DNA of 63,386 bases, filler included, from Octopus bimaculoides (taxonomy: Eukaryota): assembly GCF_001194135.2 (NCBI RefSeq). It is 3 parts of 2 records of this genome, joined end to end, with 100 filler letters (N's around TTAATTAATTAA, not from the genome) between each part and the next. Parts side by side here need not be neighbours in the genome. Positions count along the whole stretch, not along the records: positions 30,096 to 56,631 come from NC_068987.1; 2 more parts are not named here. One strand, 5' to 3'. Both the position numbers and the translations under genes were made by a program. Below are positions 39,464-53,282 of this stretch, one piece after another (the first letter of the stretch is position 1; every line of letters begins with the position of its first letter). The notes below the pieces were generated by a model. The model ran no database searches and had not been told where the DNA came from. It worked only from the letters and a program-made list of their open reading frames with translations.

Positions 39464-40785
39464 NNNNNNNNNNNNNNNNNNNNNNNNNNNNNNNNNNNNN
39501 NNNNNNNNNNNNNNNNNNNNNNNNNNNNNNNNNNNNNNNNNNNNNNNNNNNNNNNNNNNNNNNNNNNNNNNNNNNNNNNNNNNNNNNNNNNNNNNNNNNN
39601 NNNNNNNNNNNNNNNNNNNNNNNNNNNNNNNNNNNNNNNNNNNNNNNNNNNNNNNNNNNNNNNNNNNNNNNNNNNNNNNNNNNNNNNNNNNNNNNNNNNN
39701 NNNNNNNNNNNNNNNNNNNNNNNNNNNNNNNNNNNNNNNNNNNNNNNNNNNNNNNNNNNNNNNNNNATATATAATACAAGGAATATATATACATGTATAC
39801 ACACATATATGTACATACTTACATCTACATGTGTATATATATGCATATCAGGGTACAGGACGTTAGAACAATAAACTACAGACAACGGAACGAACACATA
39901 GGAAAACGGAAAGCCACTTGGAATATCCCTTCATCAGCTGTCTCTATTCTATCTAGACGTTTCGAAGATAAGACAGAACTATGCATATATGGGTACAAGA
40001 CGTCACTAACAGTAAATAACATGAAATACGAAAACAAATGATTTCAATACGGAAACAACGATAAAAACAAATGGGAAAGTAACATAAAGAACGACCCTTC
40101 ATCAGTTGTCGGCTGTCTAACTGCTCCTCATTTCGAGCATTGAACGACATATATACGTATGTATTCATACATACACGTACATATCTATTAACATCCACAT
40201 TGGAATTACGTGTATTTATATCATATTTATTTATGTGTATGCATGTATGTACGCTCATATTTATCAAGAATATGCTGGAGTGTGAGTCTGTGTTTGTGTG
40301 GGTAGGTGAGAGAACATAAATATGTACATACATACACATACACACATACCTATATGTATGTATATGTATGTATGCATGATGCATTCAACTTTATATTCAC
40401 ATAAACACAAACACACACATCTATCTGTATTTGCTTGCTTATATGTGTGTGTGTGAGTATGTGTGCGTGAGTGAGTATGTGTTATTACGAATGTGTGCGT
40501 GTGTTTTGATAGCATAATGAAATTCAAAGCAGTCAGAACAGTAAGTAGAGATGAAAACCAAAGTGACGAAAGTCTGCAGTTCTTCCTGCGAAAGGAGCAT
40601 CTAACACTGTATACTGCCTCAAGCTAGACTCTACAGCAATAACTTACATATAGACTGAATAAGGTGCATAGTATACACACATAATAGAAAGGTAATGTAA
40701 CGGTAACATGTACATACGCTCTTGGTTATATGCACACACAGGCGCATACGCGTTCAGTCACATCTATGACTATATCGCCCTCACA

Positions 40786-41000
40786 AGGCGGCCAGCTGAC
40801 AGAAACGTTAGCACGCCGGGTGAAATGCTTAGCGTATTTCGTCTGTCTTTTCGTTCTGAGTTCAAATTCCGCCGAGGTCGACTTTGCTTTACATTCTTTC
40901 GGTGTCGATAAATTAAGTACCAGTTGCATACTGGAGTCGATCTAATCGACTGGCCCCCTCTCCCAAAATTTCGGGCCTTGTTCCTAGAGTAAAAAAAAAT
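40786..41000 (+). mobile_element. SINE family A, CpG-intact
   Basis: GAGTTCAAATTCCGCCGAGGTCGACTTTGC...GTCGATAAATTAAGTACCAG. Confidence 0.9.
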
Positions 41001-41716
41001 ATATCTTCCTCACGCGCATACACATACACACACACTTTCCTCGAATCTCTCTCTCTCTCTTACAAAAGGTAACCTGACTCTAAAACACATTTTTTAGCCT
41101 TCTCGCCATGCTGGGGCACAGCCTTCAAGGATATTTAATGAAATAAANNNNNNNNNNNNNNNNNNNNNNNNNNNNNNNNNNNNNNNNNNNNNNNNNNNNN
41201 NNNNNNNNNNNNNNNNNNNNNNNNNNNNNNNNNNNNNNNNNNNNNNNNNNNNNNNNNNNNNNNNNNNNNNNNNNNNNNNNNNNNNNNNNNNNNNNNNNNN
41301 NNNNNNNNNNNNNNNNNNNNNNNNNNNNNNNNNNNNNNNNNNNNNNNNNNNNNNNNNNNNNNNNNNNNNNNNNNNNNNNNNNNNNNNNNNNNNNNNNNNN
41401 NNNNNNNNNNNNNNNNNNNNNNNNNNNNNNNNNNNNNNNNNNNNNNNNNNNNNNNNNNNNNNNNNNNNNNNNNNNNNNNNNNNNNNNNNNNNNNNNNNNN
41501 NNNNNNNNNNNNNNNNNNNNNNNNNNNNNNNNNNNNNNNNNNNNNNNNNNNNNNNNNNNNNNNNNNNNNNNNNNNNNNNNNNNNNNNNNNNNNNNNNNNN
41601 NNNNNNNNNNNNNNNNNNNNNNNNNNNNNNNNNNNNNNNNNNNNNNNNNNNNNNNNNNNNNNNNNNNNNNNNNNNNNNNNNNNNNNNNNNNNNNNNNNNN
41701 NNNNNNNNNNNNNNNN

Positions 41717-41930
41717 ATGTGTTTGTGTGTCTGTGTTTGTCCCCCCAACATCGCTTGACAACCGATGCTGGTGTGTTTACGTCCCCGTAACTTAGCGGTT
41801 CGGCAAAAGAAACCGATAGAATAAGTACTAGGCTTCTAAAGAATAAGTCCTGGCGTCGATTTGCTCGACTAAAGGCGGTGCTCCAGCATGGCCACAGTCA
41901 AAAGATTGAAACAAGTAAAAGAGTAAAAGA

Positions 41931-41932
<2 letters not shown>
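41717..41932 (+). mobile_element. SINE family B, 3' half (5' part in gap)
   Basis: Near-identical to 32920-33130. Confidence 0.9.
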
Positions 41933-41967
<35 letters not shown>

Positions 41968-42426
41968 TGTATGTATACTTTATATATATACATAAGTTAT
42001 ATGTAAACACACATTTATGCATATTAAATATATACAAAAGTGTGCGTCCACACGCACACTCTGCACATGACCTATGGACTACAATGGCTGACAAAAGTTG
42101 GAATGTCTATCTCTAGTGCAGCAAAGAGATGAATCATGAAATGAAAATTTCACCCAAACCTGGGCTATAAAATGTTTTATCACCTTATACAGAGCGAAAA
42201 CACACACACACATAGGCACGCACACGCACATACGCTCACATACATTTAACATATGTAGTTTTACACATACGCACATGTATACTGGCTTGTTGCATGTATG
42301 AATGTTACCTATCATTGTTAGATCTATATTATATTTTTGAGTGCGTGTGCGTCAATATGTATGCAAATATATATACATACATATATGCATACATACACAC
42401 ATACAGATACATATATATATATATAT

Positions 42427-42478
<52 letters not shown>

Positions 42479-42649
42479 TGGAAAATATTGCCTTCACCTG
42501 CATATATGTATATATAAATAATATTTCATTTTTCTATTNNNNNNNNNNTATATATATATATATATATGTATACATATATACATGTATAAATATATACATA
42601 TGTGTACGTATATACATACATATACATATACATGTCAATATATGGATGC

Positions 42650-42689
<40 letters not shown>

Positions 42690-43146
42690 TGGAAAATATT
42701 GCCTTCACCTGCATATATGTATATATAAATAATATTTCATTTTTCTATTCGGTTTTGTGTGCATTATTGTTGGTGTCAACTAATGTTTTGAAACAGATTA
42801 TTTTTTTCCTCGGTTGGGCAATTACACGAATACTAAAACACGCACTGGTTGTATTTCAACTTTTATTATTATTATTATTATTAATCAGTTCGTACAAAAT
42901 ATAACTAATTAACCAATCTGCTGATTAGCGGTTCGGTGCATATAACATTGAGCTAGGTTTGTCGAAGTGCTTTCCGCGCCATTCCTGATCTCACCAGTGA
43001 TATGCCCCTTCACCTGCCCACGCGCACACACACTTACACACAGAGACATATCTAACTCTAGAACTACTTCAGGTCATTGATGAGGCTGCGGATGGCAATT
43101 AATAAAATAAATCAATTTCTTTTAGCTGCATGATGATAACTAATTA

Positions 43147-43231
<85 letters not shown>

Positions 43232-43502
43232 CATTTATTTGCCACAAGGGCGAAGGATGAGGGGGACAATACAGCGACAGACATAAAGTGTGGGGGTTTA
43301 CATATAATAATGAAAAGATTTTTAAAAAGTATAGACGGTATACACTGGAAAAGAGGGGACATATGCATAACATACAAAGGTAAAAAAAGGTGGGGGGTGG
43401 TAGAGATGTGGCCCTCCTGATACAGGAAGGCTTCTAGGGATAATCGAGAAACCCCACTGTCCGAGATTTCTCTGAAATCTCAGGAGTAAGTGCCCTCTCC
43501 AA

Positions 43503-43577
43503 TTCCATCTCTCCGACTCATAGGTCTACGCTTTGGCTTTCACCCAGGCGGCCCGGGTTCGATTCCCGGCATGGGAA
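43503..43577 (+). pseudogene. trnE: tRNA-Glu(TTC)-derived sequence: intact anticodon arm, T arm and acceptor 3' strand; disrupted 5'/D arm
   Basis: TTTGG-CT-TTC-AC-CCAGG (anticodon 43539-43541), CGGC, CCGGG-TTCGATT-CCCGG, CATGGGA-A match eukaryotic tRNA-Glu. TTCCATC at 43503 could pair 6/7 with the acceptor strand, but there is no A-box/D-arm consensus and no T4 terminator. Confidence 0.85.
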
Positions 43578-43751
43578 CGCCTTCTTCTTACGGTGGTGCA
43601 CCACCATGACCGCAGCCACTTGGCTGAAACACATAAATAAATAAAATGTTATATGTGTATATATATATGTATATATATATTGATTACAATTGTGCATGTT
43701 CATAGAGGGACAGAGCGAGAGAGCGCGAGAGAAGCGAAAGAGGGGAAGATG

Positions 43752-43811
<60 letters not shown>

Positions 43812-44341
43812 ACGTATGTTTGTCAGTAAACCGGATTTCCTCATACTGAAACGTCTCCTTTTAAGCCGTACCTATAAAATGACTAAACCACACATATCGC
43901 CACCCCGGAACTGCGTGCTTACAGCTGATCGCCAAAAGCTCAGGACCCAACCAAACCGATTCTTACAATTTAATTGTTTCTGGCCTCACACTTCTCACCG
44001 TTTCAACGCTAGATTTACTTCCTTTCTTTCTTCATCTCACTTTCAAATGAGAACATCAATACTACATTTATCTTATCACAAACACACACACAGACATACA
44101 CGCTTAGGCACACACACACTCACACACACGCTCATTCATATACTGCTGTACACGTCCAGACAAGAATGCAATTTTATACAAGGGGAATACGCTTTACCAA
44201 CTCAAACGCACGCACATATGTATGTAGTATATATTTATGTAAGGTTGTGTGTATGTATATAGATATCTAATATATACTTTTGTTATTTACACCACCTGTC
44301 CTCGTCTGTTGTTATTTTTTGTATATTCTCCCATATATATG

Positions 44342-44380
<39 letters not shown>

Positions 44381-44949
44381 ATATATGTGTGTGTATACAC
44401 ATATATACGTATATATATAAATAAACTTACTTGGACATGGATGCATATATTGGCACAGGACGTCACGAGCCGTAAACAACATGAAATACGAAAATAAATG
44501 AGTTCTATACGCAAAGAAAGAGAGAAACATGCTCGAAATGAAGAGTAGATGGACAGCCGACAACTGATGAAGCGGCGTTCTTTTTGTTATTTGCCCTGTT
44601 TTCCATTTGTTTCAACTATATACATACATACATACATACATACATACATACATACATACATACATACAATGTTTTATAACAACATGTTATGAGGCATGCA
44701 GATGTGCCCAAAGTAAAGAAGATGAACGAATCATATACCCACATTGATTGAGGATATCGAAATGCTGAGACTGCCTTGTTATAAATGCTAAAAGCTGAAA
44801 AGCATTCCAAGAGATTCTTCCCTTCGTTTACAACCAACCGTTGCTATCGATCGTGGCGTGATAAAGATCTTTCCCAGGTCCTATTAGCTCATAGGTCCGG
44901 TTTCCTTATTTCCGTGTCGCATATACTTTAGCCTTGGCGGAAAGAGGCG

Positions 44950-45095
44950 GTTCATCGCGGGGTTATTCATTTTTGCCAGCTGAGCCGAATGGTAGAATGT
45001 GAAATAAGTGTTTCACTCAAGAACATAACAGGTCCAAGAAAATAGAAACCACAATCTTATGATCATGATTCCAACACCCTAATCACTAAGCGAAG
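44950..45095 (-). mobile_element. SINE family C, degenerate 5' head
   Basis: Reverse complement GCTTAGTGATTAGGG...TTCTTGAGTGAAACACTT...CAGCTGGCAAAAATGA matches the heads of 47330-47470 and 61290-61420. Confidence 0.7.
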
Positions 45096-45670
45096 CTCCT
45101 CCACCTGTGTGATAAGGTGGATGGCATATTCCTGAAGACAACGGCACCAACACAAGAAAACATCTTCATCGCAAGAAAAGGCAAGCAAAATGCGTTGCGA
45201 GGAATTTATTTCTTCATCCACGGCATGTTGAAATTCGGAGATCTTCTCACAATATTCAAAGAACTGCTGAAAGGATTTACACCAACATTTCGGAATAAAT
45301 TCGAAGTAGATTGGCACCGACATGGACACTAATTACACAGGTCATGCGAAAGACCATCCACAATGAGGACGAGGCCTCTGTTCTAGGTCGTCCCAAATGC
45401 AAAGTTGCTCGCGGCGAGCATTTTCTACAACAAACATAATATAAGAACTACGAAACCCCAATAAGGGAGAGGACTTCGAAATAGTGTGGTGGCCTTCATC
45501 TGACACTGAGGGATCATTCTTATCCATGCAGGGGTCGGTTACCCATTATGAGTTTGTAAAAATTTATTTCGTTTTAATTATTCTGTGAACTAATTATAAG
45601 TTCATGCTGTGACTTTTACTTCTCGTCATACTTCAATATAATCACTGTATGCCTTCTACTACTACTACTA

Positions 45671-45715
<45 letters not shown>

Positions 45716-45929
45716 AGAACAACAACAGCAGCAATAATGTCGCTGTTGTCGACGTCGTCGTTGTTGTTGTTGTTGTTGTTCACTTCTGCTCCAGCCAAAC
45801 GTGTTTTATTTCGGCCCCGGAGATAAATTTACAAATTGACTGTGAATACCAATGAAAGCGAAGAAATTAATTTACTATTTCCTCTTTATTTATTTTTTTA
45901 TTTTTCACTTTTATTTTTTATTTATTTAT

Positions 45930-45940
45930 TTATTATTATT

Positions 45941-46012
<72 letters not shown>

Positions 46013-46028
46013 GTTGTTGTTGTTGTTG

Positions 46029-46102
<74 letters not shown>

Positions 46103-46103
46103 G
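45930..46103. repeat. (TTA)n/(TTG)n trinucleotide array
   Basis: Directly visible; source of the poly-I/L/N ORFs. Confidence 0.95.
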
Positions 46104-47149
46104 TGAGTAAATAGAGTGGAGTCTATTGTAACCTCGACTAAAAAAACCGAACCTCCAGGATACTGTTGATGCAATGTTATTGATGTGTGCAATAATAATA
46201 ACCTCACCAGTTCTACTGTATATAGCAATGCCTGCCGGGTGTATATACGGGTAGATGCTTGGGTTACTAGTTGTATTGCAAAAAATGAAGAGTTAACTGC
46301 ACTGCAGACTAAATGTCTGTTAACTCGACATGCAAACATCTAAATTTACTTGATTTACTGTGGTGAGACGGGAGGAAGGGGCTACATGTGGTCGCTCGAT
46401 TTGCTATAAATAACAGTCAAACACATCCTTAGTTATTCTTTAATGTCTGAAATATTAGATGTACAAGCCAACGATAGGAAAGCTTTGTCGTCACTCGATC
46501 TACTAAATGTAGCAGTCAAATTAGCCGCAATTCACACCTTTTTGTTTCAGATAATCGATGGGCTCCCTATGTGATGCTTTCATCCAAAATATAATAGCCA
46601 ATTACTCCTCTATTCAAGCCTTATACACAAATTATCGAGGGGCCCTCAACGTGTTTGCTTGGCCTCCAAAGCATAACAGTCACATCGTCCTTAATTCGGG
46701 CCTTGTTGTTTTATATACTTGATATACAATCCACCGAGGGGCCTTCTCCATGATTGTTTGACCTCCAAAACGTGGCAGTTAAATCTCATTCAGTTTATGC
46801 CCTATTGTCTTACAAAAGGAAATGTACATTTGATCATGTATTCTTAGATACACTATGCATGAAAATTCTAGTCAGAAAATCAGGTCTCGAATACCAACCT
46901 GATTAAGCCTTAGCTGCAACTAAACAAAAACAACAACAACAAAAGCAAAAAAACAAAACAAACAAAAAAGATTGGTCTGAGAGATCCAGAGATCGATAAA
47001 ATAAAATACCAGTCACGTACTGGGGTCGATGATATCGTCTACGACGCTTGGGCTTGAACCAAAATTAATTAAATTGAAAGGTGACAACAACAGCAATCGA
47101 AACAACAATAATTCAACAAGAACAGTAACAATAATGATTTCTGCTCATA

Positions 47150-47470
47150 GCCGGCACTCCGTCGGTTACGACGACGAGCGTTTCAGTTGATGAATGGAAC
47201 CGCCTGCTCGTGAAATTAACGTGCAAGTGGCTGAGTACTCCACGAACACACGCACCCTTAACGTTCTTCTCAGGGAAATTTTGCGTGACCACCGAATGTG
47301 ACGAGGCTGGTTCTTTGATATACAGGTACTGTTCATTTTTGCCAGGTGAGAGGATTGGAACAACGGGAAAATAAATTACCTTGCTCAAGGACACAATGCA
47401 CGGCCACGAATCGAACTCACAATCTTACGACTGTGAGCCAAACACTCAAACCACTAAACCAGGCGCCTTC
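47150..47470 (-). mobile_element. SINE family C, full length
   Basis: tRNA head on the minus strand (GGTTTAGTGG...GTGAGTTCGATTCG), TGTGTCCTTGAGCAAG core; homologous to 61103-61420. Confidence 0.9.
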
Positions 47471-47847
47471 ACACAATAACACACAAAAGTGACCCTAGGT
47501 TGTCTTTTGTACCGCTGAAAATAGCAGCCAGATGTCGTTTACTTGCAAGCCTACCGTCTTGAAAATGATGACCAGTAAAATTACATTCGAGAACGAGGTA
47601 TTAGACTGATGTCTGATGAGGCAGTGATTGGTGGAAGGCTTTTTGATTGTAGGTCACCTGCGCAGAGTCAACCAAGAGTTAAATACTAATCAGAAAGACT
47701 ACAATAACAAGAGTTACATTCACATAAGCCAAAAGAAAAAAAAATAACACACGAAACACGATGAAATAGCATTTTTTTTTTGTCGAGCCATCCAGAAATG
47801 TCAGCATAATAGCATACTACTGTTCGATAAGTAGGTCATTACTGGAT

Positions 47848-47851
47848 TGGC

Positions 47852-47941
<90 letters not shown>

Positions 47942-47962
47942 GGTGGTGGTGATGGTGGTGCT
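47848..47962. repeat. Compound (CAG)n-(TAG)n-(TGG)n microsatellite
   Basis: Directly visible. Confidence 0.95.
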
Positions 47963-49291
47963 GGTGATTGTGAGCTATGAAAATACTAAAGAAGGAAGGT
48001 ATTTCTTTAGAAAGATGAAAGAGTGACCGACTAATGTCAGGAATGATACGGATTCTGTTGTGTTTGTACTGAGAATCTCCTAATGAGGAGAAAACTATGA
48101 CAATATGCGGGCATGGCGGAGTATTCCGCAGAGAGAGAGAGAGTCTGAACACACATAACTGGCTCACCTACCGGCTGGTCACGTGAGGAGTGTACTAGGA
48201 ATATTTGAAGTGGAACAGAGACAACGTAATGACTGGGGGAGGTGGACTAGGAGGCGAGGAGGGAACGAGGAAGAGGCGNNNNNNNNNNNNNNNNNNNNNN
48301 NNNNNNNNNNNNNNNNNNNNNNNNNNNNNNNNNNNNNNNNNNNNNNNNNNNNNNNNNNNNNNNNNNNNNNNNNNNNNNNNNNNNNNNNNNNNNNNNNNNN
48401 NNNNNNNNNNNNNNNNNNNNNNNNNNNNNNNNNNNNNNNNNNNNNNNNNNNNNNNNNNNNNNNNNNNNNNNNNNNNNNNTGGACGAGGAGGAGGAGAAAA
48501 AAGAGGAAAATGAAAAAGAAAAAGGAGAAGAAGAGGAGGAGGAGGAGGAAGTAAAAGAGAGTAAGAACACGATGAAGTGGTGGAGGAGGAGGAGGAGGAG
48601 GAGGAGGAGGGAGAAGAAGAAGAAGAAGAAGAAGAAGAAGAAGAAGGAGAGGAGGAAAAATATCAAGGTAGGTAAATGGAAGCTAATTAGAACATCAAAG
48701 GAGAAGAGAAGCCGTTGTGTTTATACAGACATGTATTTGTGTGAAGGGAGAAATGTAGAGGCGTTCGTGCTGTTCTGTGTAGGGATAAATGCAGGGATGC
48801 ACAGGTTGGGAGGAGGGAATCATAACAGGATGTGTGTGTGTCTGTGTGTCTGTGTATGTACATATATATGTGTATATATACATATCTATGTATACAAATA
48901 TACATATATATANNNNNNNNNNNNNNNNNNNNNNNNNNNNNNNNNNNNNNNNNNNNNNNNNNNNNNNNNNNNNNNNNNNNNNNNNNNNNNNNNNNNNNNN
49001 NNNNNNNNNNNNNNNNNNNNNNNNNNNNNNNNNNNNNNNNNNNNNNNNNNNNNNNNNNNNNNNNNNNNNNNNNNNNNNNNNNNNNNNNNNNNNNNNNNNN
49101 NNNNNNNNNNNNNNNNNNNNNNNNNNNNNNNNNNNNNNNNNNNNNNNNNNNNNNNNNNNNNNNNNNNNNNNNNNNNNNNNNNNNNNNNNNNNNNNNNNNN
49201 NNNNNNNNNNNNNNNNNNNNNNNNNNNNNNNNNNNNNNNNNNNNNNNNNNNNNNNNNNNNNNNNNNNNNNNNNNNNNNNNNNNNNNNNNNN

Positions 49292-49348
<57 letters not shown>

Positions 49349-49589
49349 CGCGTGTGTGTGTGTGTGTGTATGTGTGTGTGTGTAGGATGTTCGTGTTAAA
49401 ATTGATGGTATTTATGTCTCCTTATTTTTAGGCAAAGTTTGATGTATTGGTGAACAATCGACGGCGTTGAAGAGCATAAAGATTAAAATTACAGTCGAGA
49501 GAAAGTTATTTGACATGGAGGACTGGAAGCCATCTGAATATTGGTTTCAAATTTTGAAACAAGATCAGGAATTTCGATGAAAGGGGATC

Positions 49590-49715
49590 ACTCAATTACA
49601 TCGACCCCAGAGCTCAACAGGTACTTATTTTATCGACCCCGAATGTTTGAAAGGCAAAGAGGAACTGGGTGACATTTGAACTCAGAAAATAAAGTCCGAC
49701 TATATGCTGCTAAAT
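49590..49715 (-). mobile_element. SINE family A, partial
   Basis: ACATCGACCCCAG...GGTACTTATTTTATCGACCCCGAA...AAAGGCAAAG...TTTGAACTCAGAA. Confidence 0.8.
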
Positions 49716-49769
49716 ATTTTTCCCTGCGAGCTCCCGATGCCGCCAAGTCCCCGCCAAAGACGATTTGAA

Positions 49770-50495
49770 TATTGAAAAAGAGTTACCTGTATCGTGGTGA
49801 TTCGCGCCAGGCATGAAAATATGAACATCGAGACTGCTGTTCAATGTTCTGTGAATAGTGTAAAGGTTGCAAGATGCAACATGGACAACAGCAACGGAAA
49901 TTAAGTAGACGTGGCCAGCAGGAAGGGACACATCAGGCGTCCTAACTGCGCTCGCATGCCTGAATTCATCCAACAACTGCACGATAAGGGCTTGAGACAC
50001 AATTCAGATGGTTATGTGAAGCTTCTGGAGACAGTGGTCAAATCCTGGCTGGACAGAGTTACTGCAGGAAGGCTAGATATGTAATATTTGGATTCGGCTC
50101 CTTGACACACCTCCGGGAACAGTCAGAAGTGGATGCCAGAGAATTTCTACAATTTTACCAGTCCAAATTTCTGACCCCTTAATTTTACCGATTGCGATCC
50201 CTTGGGTTACTATGTGTGGCACAATCGCACCAACTGCTCTGCCTGCAACTCCAAGCTGGTGGCCAAAATTAAGGAAGTTAGCGAATATCTTCACAGAGAC
50301 GCAGCGAGGAACACATGCGCCAGATTCCGGAGCCGTCCTCAGGCCGTAATCTAAGCAGAGGGCATTTACTTGGTGTAAACTGTTATCTCCTAGCCATAAT
50401 CTAATTTTGGTCATTTTGATTTTTTAAAATTATATTTTGGGATGAGATATTGTGTTTTCTTTTTATGCAAGCTCAAACTTAACCCGAACGCCCTG
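49770..50495 (+). mobile_element. Internally deleted maT-type element, second subfamily
   Basis: N-terminal VIRARHENMNIETAVQCSVNSVK...RMPEFIQ fused to GLRHNSDGYVKLLE...LDSAP*HTS...DCDPLGYYVW; terminus CCCGAACGCCCTG|TA resembles the 12691 terminus. Confidence 0.8.
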
Positions 50496-50782
50496 TAGAC
50501 ACACACACATGAAACGATAAATATGTGTTACGTATTGTTTATTGTGCACATATACACAAACACACACACACACACACGCACACACATACATACACACATA
50601 CACACACACACATATATTATAGACAGAAAATGGAATGAAGAATTGCTTCGGTGCCGTTTTAGAATTTCAGTACGTTGGTGAAATTTGCCTCCTCAGATGA
50701 TGGTTTAAATAAGTCCTTCGTTAGATCTTACTGTCAGTGTGAGAATACTTACCCAAAGTGATGTGTCATGTACACACACATA

Positions 50783-50834
<52 letters not shown>

Positions 50835-51548
50835 CACANNNNNNNNNNNNNNNNNNNNNNNNNNNNNNNNNNNNNNNNNNNNNNNNNNNNNNNNNNNNNN
50901 NNNNNNNNNNNNNNNNNNNNNNNNNNNNNNNNNNNNNNNNNNNNNNNNNNNNNNNNNNNNNNNNNNNNNNNNNNNNNNNNNNNNNNNNNNNNNNNNNNNN
51001 NNNNNNNNNNNNNNNNNNNNNNNNNNNNNNNNNNNNNNNNNNNNNNNNNNNNNNNNNNNNNNNNNNNNNNNNNNNNNNNNNNNNNNNNNNNNNNNNNNNN
51101 NNNNNNNNNNNNNNNNNNNNNNNNNNNNNNNNNNNNNNNNNNNNNNNNNNNNNNNNNNNNNNNNNNNNNNNNNNNNNNNNNNNNNNNNNNNNNNNNNNNN
51201 NNNNNNNNNNNNNNNNNNNNNNNNNNNNNNNNNNNNNNNNNNNNNNNNNNNNNNNNNNNNNNNNNNNNNNNNNNNNNNNNNNNNNNNNNNNNNNNNNNNN
51301 NNNNNNNNNNNNNNNNNNNNNNNNNNNNNNNNNNNNNNNNNNNNNNNNNNNNNNNNNNNNNNNNNNNNNNNNNNNNNNNNNNNNNNNNNNNNNNNNNNNN
51401 NNNNNNNNNNNNNNNNNNNNNNNNNNNNNNNNNNNNNNNNNNNNNNNNNNNNNNNNNNNNNNNNNNAGAGAGAGAGAGAGAGAGAGAGGGGATATACAGA
51501 AAGTGGTAGATAATATAAATAGATACATATATTCACTGAGGGATAGGC

Positions 51549-51622
<74 letters not shown>

Positions 51623-52000
51623 AGAATCCAGCAATCTAATATTTGACTGCCATTTGCCAGCACCACTCTCCATGATTAGCGTTGAGTGTGAGGAGGCGGG
51701 GTAGCAATCCTTAAGCAAATATTTTGAATATCTTTTGATCTTTTAACTGATTACCGTGATATCATCTCATGCAGAACATTCCAGCTGCCCATATGGTAAC
51801 AAGAAATAGAAAACTGTGAGCAGATTACAGCCATTATTACTGTAGACCTGTTTTCTTACATATGTACCTACATATTTATGGTGGTATGCACGTGTGTGTA
51901 TTTATGTCTACGTACATCTATATTTTATATGTATATGCATTCATACACACACACAACGGATATGCATACATACATACATGCATATGGATGTATCTATGTA

Positions 52001-52053
<53 letters not shown>

Positions 52054-52072
52054 GTGTGTGTGTGTATATATG

Positions 52073-52103
<31 letters not shown>

Positions 52104-53282
52104 GTATATGTATATGTATATATATATATATATGTATATATTTTATATATATATATATATGTATATGTATATTACTTGATAGTTACTGTCTAACACTTGA
52201 CTGTTCAATAATATAATAATATATCCGTGGATATGTAATCGATTAGACACGTGCTGAACCGCTTATGAAAGTCTGCGCCTGCTGTCCGTGTATTAATTTA
52301 TGCATACATACATAAATGTATGTATGTATATACATGTATGCGCGCGTGTGTGTGTGTATATATATCATGTGTGTATGTGTGTGCGTGTGTGTGTGTGTAC
52401 AGATAGATAGATAAAAAAATAGAAAGTAACAGATATGGCAATAATCACCTGTACTCACCCATATATAAAGCTGTGTCTCATGTGATAGTCATAACACATA
52501 TTAAGTAATATATATATATACGTGTATGTATGTAAGTATGTATGTATGTATGTACGTATGTATGTATGCATGTATGTATGTATGCATGTATGCATGTATG
52601 TATGTATGCATGTATGTATGTATGCATGTATGCATGTGTGCATGTACATGCATATAGATACACACACACACACACACATTGAATTATATATATTTTAAAA
52701 GGTTGCAGATACTTCTAGAATTAAAACCTTTTCTGCTGAAATGCTCTGATTGGCCAAGGTCTTAGAACAAATGTTTAGAATTGAACTCCTTGTGTTGTTG
52801 ATGGTTTCACATTCAATTTTCTGTTCTTTAAGCGCTATAGTAATAATTTTCTACATCACTTACACCACGTAGAAACATAAAATTATCTTCATACCATGTG
52901 TATGTTGACTGACCATAGATAAAATAAAACTGAGCATAAAACAACCGATGTATTTAAATGTATTGAACGAAAACAAGAAAGGAGGGTTCAAGAAAAGACC
53001 ACTGAAAACTGGTCCAAATAGGAAATTGAATTACAAAAATAAACTCGATCATCACGTGATGTTCTACAGATTATTCGCTACTTCTGAGACTACGAATCGT
53101 TAAAAGAACAGACATAAATTCTATTGATCATTACTCAAGAAGCTAATTTTAAGATCATTGATTCTCTGTAGCTCAAACTCGTGTTGTGAAAATATTTCTT
53201 CTCTGTCAGCCATTTTTTTCTCTTAAAATTGTTCTAACTTTCCAAACTATATATTTATTTTCCTTAGGGCGACTGACTGCTC

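Noticed and set aside
42470-42750. Exact ~70-nt duplication either side of a 10-N gap (similar case at 59700-59880)
   Set aside because: Unmerged contig overlap at microsatellites.
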